Shown: piece by piece, positions 50,506 through 54,357 of the stretch | How positions within the stretch are numbered: the first letter of the stretch is position 1 | Layout of the letters: each line of letters begins with the position of its first letter | NCBI GenBank assembly: GCA_020426665.1 | Contig: JAGQPO010000148.1 | Coordinates: 1-54,357 of the forward strand | Direction of reading: 5' to 3' | DNA from: Planctomycetales bacterium | GTDB taxonomy: Bacteria; Planctomycetota; Planctomycetia; Pirellulales; Pirellulaceae | Length of the DNA: 54,357 nucleotides | Program-made: the position numbers and the translations under genes | Notes under the pieces: generated by a model | Database searches by the model: none | Told to the model about the DNA's origin: nothing | What the model saw: only the letters and a program-made list of their open reading frames with translations

Positions 50506-51204
50506 TCAGCGGCGGTCACCCATCAGGCGAAAAATGAAGTACGCAAGAGTCATGATTGCTTGCAGCGTTCCGGCGACGTAAGTCAACGCCGCGGCATTCA
50601 GGACTTTGGCGACAAAATGTTCTTCGTTTGCCGAGATCAAACCTGCATCGACCAGATGCCGGCGGGCCCGCGCGCTGGCATCGAACTCGACCGGCAAGTT
50701 CACGACTTGGAAGAACACGACGCCGGAAAACAGCACGATGCCGGCAAGCAACAACGTGTTACCGATCGACGGTGCTCGATAGCTGAGAAACAACCCGATG
50801 GAGGCAAGCGTGACGCCGATCCCGCTGCCAAAGCTGGCCGCTGGTACAGCCAAGTTGCGAATAACCAACGGCGCGTAGCCCTTGGCATCCTGGAAAGCGT
50901 GACCGGCCTCGTGACAGGCCACTCCCAGCGAAGCCATCGACCGCCCCCCGTACACTTCAGGGCTCAGACGAAGCACTTTTCCGCGGGGATCATAATGATC
51001 GCTTAAATGTCCGGGGATCTGTTCGATTGCGACTTGGGAAAGGCCCCCCGAATCCAACATTTGACGAGCGGCCTGGGCGCCACTCATTCGCGCCGGAACC
51101 TCTGACATCGAACGAAACGTGCTGGACACACGCCACTGGGCAAACATTGCCAGTAGCATCGGTGGCGCCAGGAAAAGCAAATAAACGGGATCAAAGATCA
51201 ACAT
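50506..51204 (-). CDS. Membrane zinc metallopeptidase, YugP / Zn_peptidase_2 family
   Basis: LSDHYDPRGKVLRLS; VACHEAGHAFQD (HExxH); LPVEFDASARA; VLNAAALTYVA. AAGG lies upstream of the ATG. Confidence 0.92.
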   Translation of the reverse strand: MLIFDPVYLLFLAPPMLLAMFAQWRVSSTFRSMSEVPARMSGAQAARQMLDSGGLSQVAIEQIPGHLSDHYDPRGKVLRLSPEVYGGRSMASLGVACHEAGHAFQDAKGYAPLVIRNLAVPAASFGSGIGVTLASIGLFLSYRAPSIGNTLLLAGIVLFSGVVFFQVVNLPVEFDASARARRHLVDAGLISANEEHFVAKVLNAAALTYVAGTLQAIMTLAYFIFRLMGDRR

Positions 51205-51315
51205 CGCAAAACCTTATTGATTTGCTCGAAAGCATTGATTGGCAGGAAACCGGGACATCCGAAACCATACTGCAATCGGCGGACCAATTGAAATGGTGCT
51301 CCGTTTTGAATTAAT

Positions 51316-51366
51316 GTCGTAGATCGCTTCGCGATCACACGCTCTGATCGCGGAGCGATCAGCGAC
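51316..51366. repeat. REP-like palindrome / possible terminator
   Basis: GTCGTAGATCGCTTCGCGATCA-CACGCTC-TGATCGCGGAGCGATCAGCGAC, a ~16-21-bp stem starting 30 bp after the deiminase stop. Confidence 0.7.
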
Positions 51367-51395
51367 TAAACCCACCATCAGAATTTGTCAAAGCT

Positions 51396-52934
51396 TTATG
51401 GTGCCGATGCCGTTTTGTCCGTTTGATCCAACTGACGCCGAAACGCTTCGTATCGGTATCGCACCGGCGGCAACGGGGCAAACTGTGGCAAGTGCATGGA
51501 CAAACAGTGCAACGATCCTTGTAACGCCTTCATGCTGGTTAAGTCGACCGTTTTGACGACGCATCCGGGAATCAGTTGCTCGTAGGTTCGTCTGGCACGT
51601 TCAATCAGTTCGGGGGGATCGGAATCAAATTGCGGCAGCAACACCAAGTTGTTCGCCATGATGATGTTCGTCAATGAACTCCATTGCTTGCCATTTCGCG
51701 AAGGAAAATCGACGCGAGAAACTCTCATCGGCCCGCCTGCGGTTTGGACCCTCGCCAAAGTTTCGGCGTTGCGATCCAGGATCGCTGCGTTAACCGGATC
51801 AACCGATCGATCGAGCCGCCCGACCAGCACGTGATCGGGCGCCAAAAAGGTCAGAAACATGTCGACGTGACGTGTGACCTCTTCTTGCAAAGGTTCCATG
51901 ATGATCAGCTGATCTAGATTGCACGCGCGTTTGAATTCCGCTTCGACCATCCGTCGGGCTTCGCCGTATGGGTCTGTTGGTCGGCTGGCGCCGGGGAAAG
52001 TGATCGCGTTGTCTTGAAAGATGCGGTTGCTGGCGACGCCAATCCCTTGGCCGTTAAACATTAAATTCCCGCCTTGGACCGTCCAGCGAACCGTTCGCAA
52101 ACTGGTTTGGCACTGCTCGGCCCATCGCCGCGGAAACGCATCGTCACGAGGGCGACTGCCTTCGTAGAAAAAGTCCAGTGAAATCGGGCCTTGATCGCTA
52201 TCGCCGATTCGCGGCGCAAAATCCCGCAACCAAATCGTGTCCAACTCATGAGGACAAAACCAGATGTGTCCGCCGTCGACCCGCTGGGCGATGAAATGTT
52301 CGATCACACCTTGTAACTGTCTCAGGTCGTTGTAGAAAATCACAAGTTCGACATGACCTTTTGTTTTCTCTGCGATTTGCGACAGGATCGCAAAGTGGTG
52401 TGGCATCCAATCGCTGATGCTTAGCATGATCGCGCGCTGATGTTCGAATTCGCCCGGCATGCGAATCGACGCCAATTGATTTGCAGCCGCATGATCCATG
52501 GCCAACGGGCCACTGGCTCCAGCGGACGATGCCCATATGGACTGTGACACGGAACCTGGGGTACGTGCTTCGCGAGAGGCTGTCGCCTTGGAATCATGAA
52601 TCTGTTTCCCCTCCGATTCACCTGAGACCTCGGAGCCTTTTGCTTGGCCATTTTGCCTCGGCATGGCTGGCTGCTGTGGCTGGCCGACGCCTGCGGGGGC
52701 AGGATTCGGCGGCGCCGGAGGGCGACGATAGGTTGGTTGCTGGAATCGGCGGCGGAACCACTGGGCATTGGCGTCAGAACTCGACGGACCGATCCCAATG
52801 ACCCAGCTGACCAGCAGAAACATCGCCATCGGAAAAGTAGAGGTTGTTGGCGATCGGAATGGAGTTGATAGAAACGGGGCTGGTAGAAACCGTCTGCCAA
52901 ATTGTCGTGATCGGCGCAGAAGGGAGTAAATCAT
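51396..52934 (-). CDS. Agmatine deiminase / Porphyromonas-type peptidylarginine deiminase family protein, probably exported
   Basis: MPGEFE; DTIWLRDFAP; QGGN; RHVDMF; GSLHCLS (catalytic Asp, His, Asp and Cys motifs). Hydrophobic N-terminal segment ending in ANA-Q, then a Pro/Gln linker. The start may instead be 52829. Confidence 0.85.
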   Translation of the reverse strand: MIYSLLRRSRQFGRRFLPAPFLSTPFRSPTTSTFPMAMFLLVSWVIGIGPSSSDANAQWFRRRFQQPTYRRPPAPPNPAPAGVGQPQQPAMPRQNGQAKGSEVSGESEGKQIHDSKATASREARTPGSVSQSIWASSAGASGPLAMDHAAANQLASIRMPGEFEHQRAIMLSISDWMPHHFAILSQIAEKTKGHVELVIFYNDLRQLQGVIEHFIAQRVDGGHIWFCPHELDTIWLRDFAPRIGDSDQGPISLDFFYEGSRPRDDAFPRRWAEQCQTSLRTVRWTVQGGNLMFNGQGIGVASNRIFQDNAITFPGASRPTDPYGEARRMVEAEFKRACNLDQLIIMEPLQEEVTRHVDMFLTFLAPDHVLVGRLDRSVDPVNAAILDRNAETLARVQTAGGPMRVSRVDFPSRNGKQWSSLTNIIMANNLVLLPQFDSDPPELIERARRTYEQLIPGCVVKTVDLTSMKALQGSLHCLSMHLPQFAPLPPVRYRYEAFRRQLDQTDKTASAP

Positions 52935-53146
52935 GTGGAAGTCGGCCGGTGTGGGCGGTTTGGGCCTGCTTGATTAGACGGATTTCGGGCCGCAGCAGCG
53001 GTTTGGCCCCTGTTACAGAATCGTGAAATGCACCAAGATAGCTCGCCTGGACCGGTGTTCTGAAAGAATCTCCCTTTGACGCAGTTTAACGGAAGCTGAA
53101 AAGCCCCAAAGCTGGAGGGAGTGTCAATCAGGGAGACGGTCACAAT

Positions 53147-53164
53147 CTGGCACACCGTTTGCTA
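53147..53164 (+). promoter_or_regulatory. Sigma-54 (RpoN) -24/-12 promoter upstream of groES-groEL
   Basis: CTGGCACACCGTTTGCTA matches TGGCAC-N5-TTGCW with exact GG-N10-GC spacing, oriented toward groES. Confidence 0.7.
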
Positions 53165-53390
53165 CTCGGCGTGCAAGTCAAGAAAACTGTCATCTTGGCG
53201 CGGCCACACGGCTCCGAAATGACCTTGGCCCACAGATGACCTTGGCCTCCAGACAAATTTCCGCCCAGCAATCGTCTGCCTGTGGGGACGGCGAATTGCG
53301 GATCGTTTATTAAGCGGTCCGGCGCCGGGCGGTGCACGACAACACAACTCCCCCATTCATTTCCCGCACTCAGAAAAGGTAACCGCAACT

Positions 53391-53708
53391 ATGGCGACTG
53401 CCACCAAGAAAAAAGTCTCCGTTCGATTGCAACCGATCGGCGAGCGAATCGTGGTTCAGCGTGAAGAAGTCGAAGCAACAACCGCCGGCGGAATCGTACT
53501 TCCCGATTCGGCTCGTGAGAAACCGGCTCGTGGCGCAGTCGTCGCCATTGGAACCGGCAAGCTTCTCGATGACGGCACCCGTGGTCAAAGCCAACTAACG
53601 GTGGGCGATCACGTTTTGTTCAGCAGCTACGCCGGCGAAACAGTCGAAATCGATGGCGAAGAGTATCTGCTGATGCGTGAAGACGACGTGTTGGCGGTCG
53701 TCGGCTAA
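53391..53708 (+). CDS. groES: Co-chaperonin GroES
   Basis: LQPIGERIVV; TAGGIVLPDSAREKP; GAVVAIGTGK; VGDHVLFSSYAGETVEIDGEEYLLMREDDVLAV. Confidence 0.98.
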   Translation: MATATKKKVSVRLQPIGERIVVQREEVEATTAGGIVLPDSAREKPARGAVVAIGTGKLLDDGTRGQSQLTVGDHVLFSSYAGETVEIDGEEYLLMREDDVLAVVG

Positions 53709-53756
53709 TCGGCACAGCATCCAAATTGATCCAAACCCTTTCACCATCAATCATAA

Positions 53757-54357
<601 letters not shown>

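Noticed and set aside
53158-53180. TTGCTACTCGGCGTGCAA as a CIRCE element
   Set aside because: Arms and spacer do not match TTAGCACTC-N9-GAGTGCTAA.

Overview
This is a Planctomycete (probably Pirellulaceae-like) chromosomal window, judged from the LExxRxLLA export motif, the dockerin-like tail and the style of the intergenic repeats. Three quarters of it is one uninterrupted 40.3-kb gene (777-41045, +) for a 13,422-aa extracellular multidomain protein. That protein has a planctomycete N-terminal export motif, several RTX Ca-binding clusters, FG-GAP, LamG/pentraxin, MAM/reelin-like, LRR, PKD, VCBS/cadherin and autotransporter-passenger-like modules, a C-terminal dockerin-like domain, and several repeat families I cannot name. 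Many modules appear to be inserted inside other domains. Convergent with it is a minus-strand run of five genes: a 2012-aa polytopic membrane protein, an RluB/RsuA-family pseudouridine synthase, a DUF58 protein, a YugP-type zinc peptidase and a probably exported agmatine/peptidylarginine deiminase. A divergent groES-groEL (groEL truncated by the window end) follows a near-consensus sigma-54 promoter. The intergenic spaces hold three different REP-like palindromes and a heptamer repeat hairpin. No tRNA, rRNA, CRISPR array or transposase was seen. Domain boundaries inside the giant gene are approximate and were read by eye.
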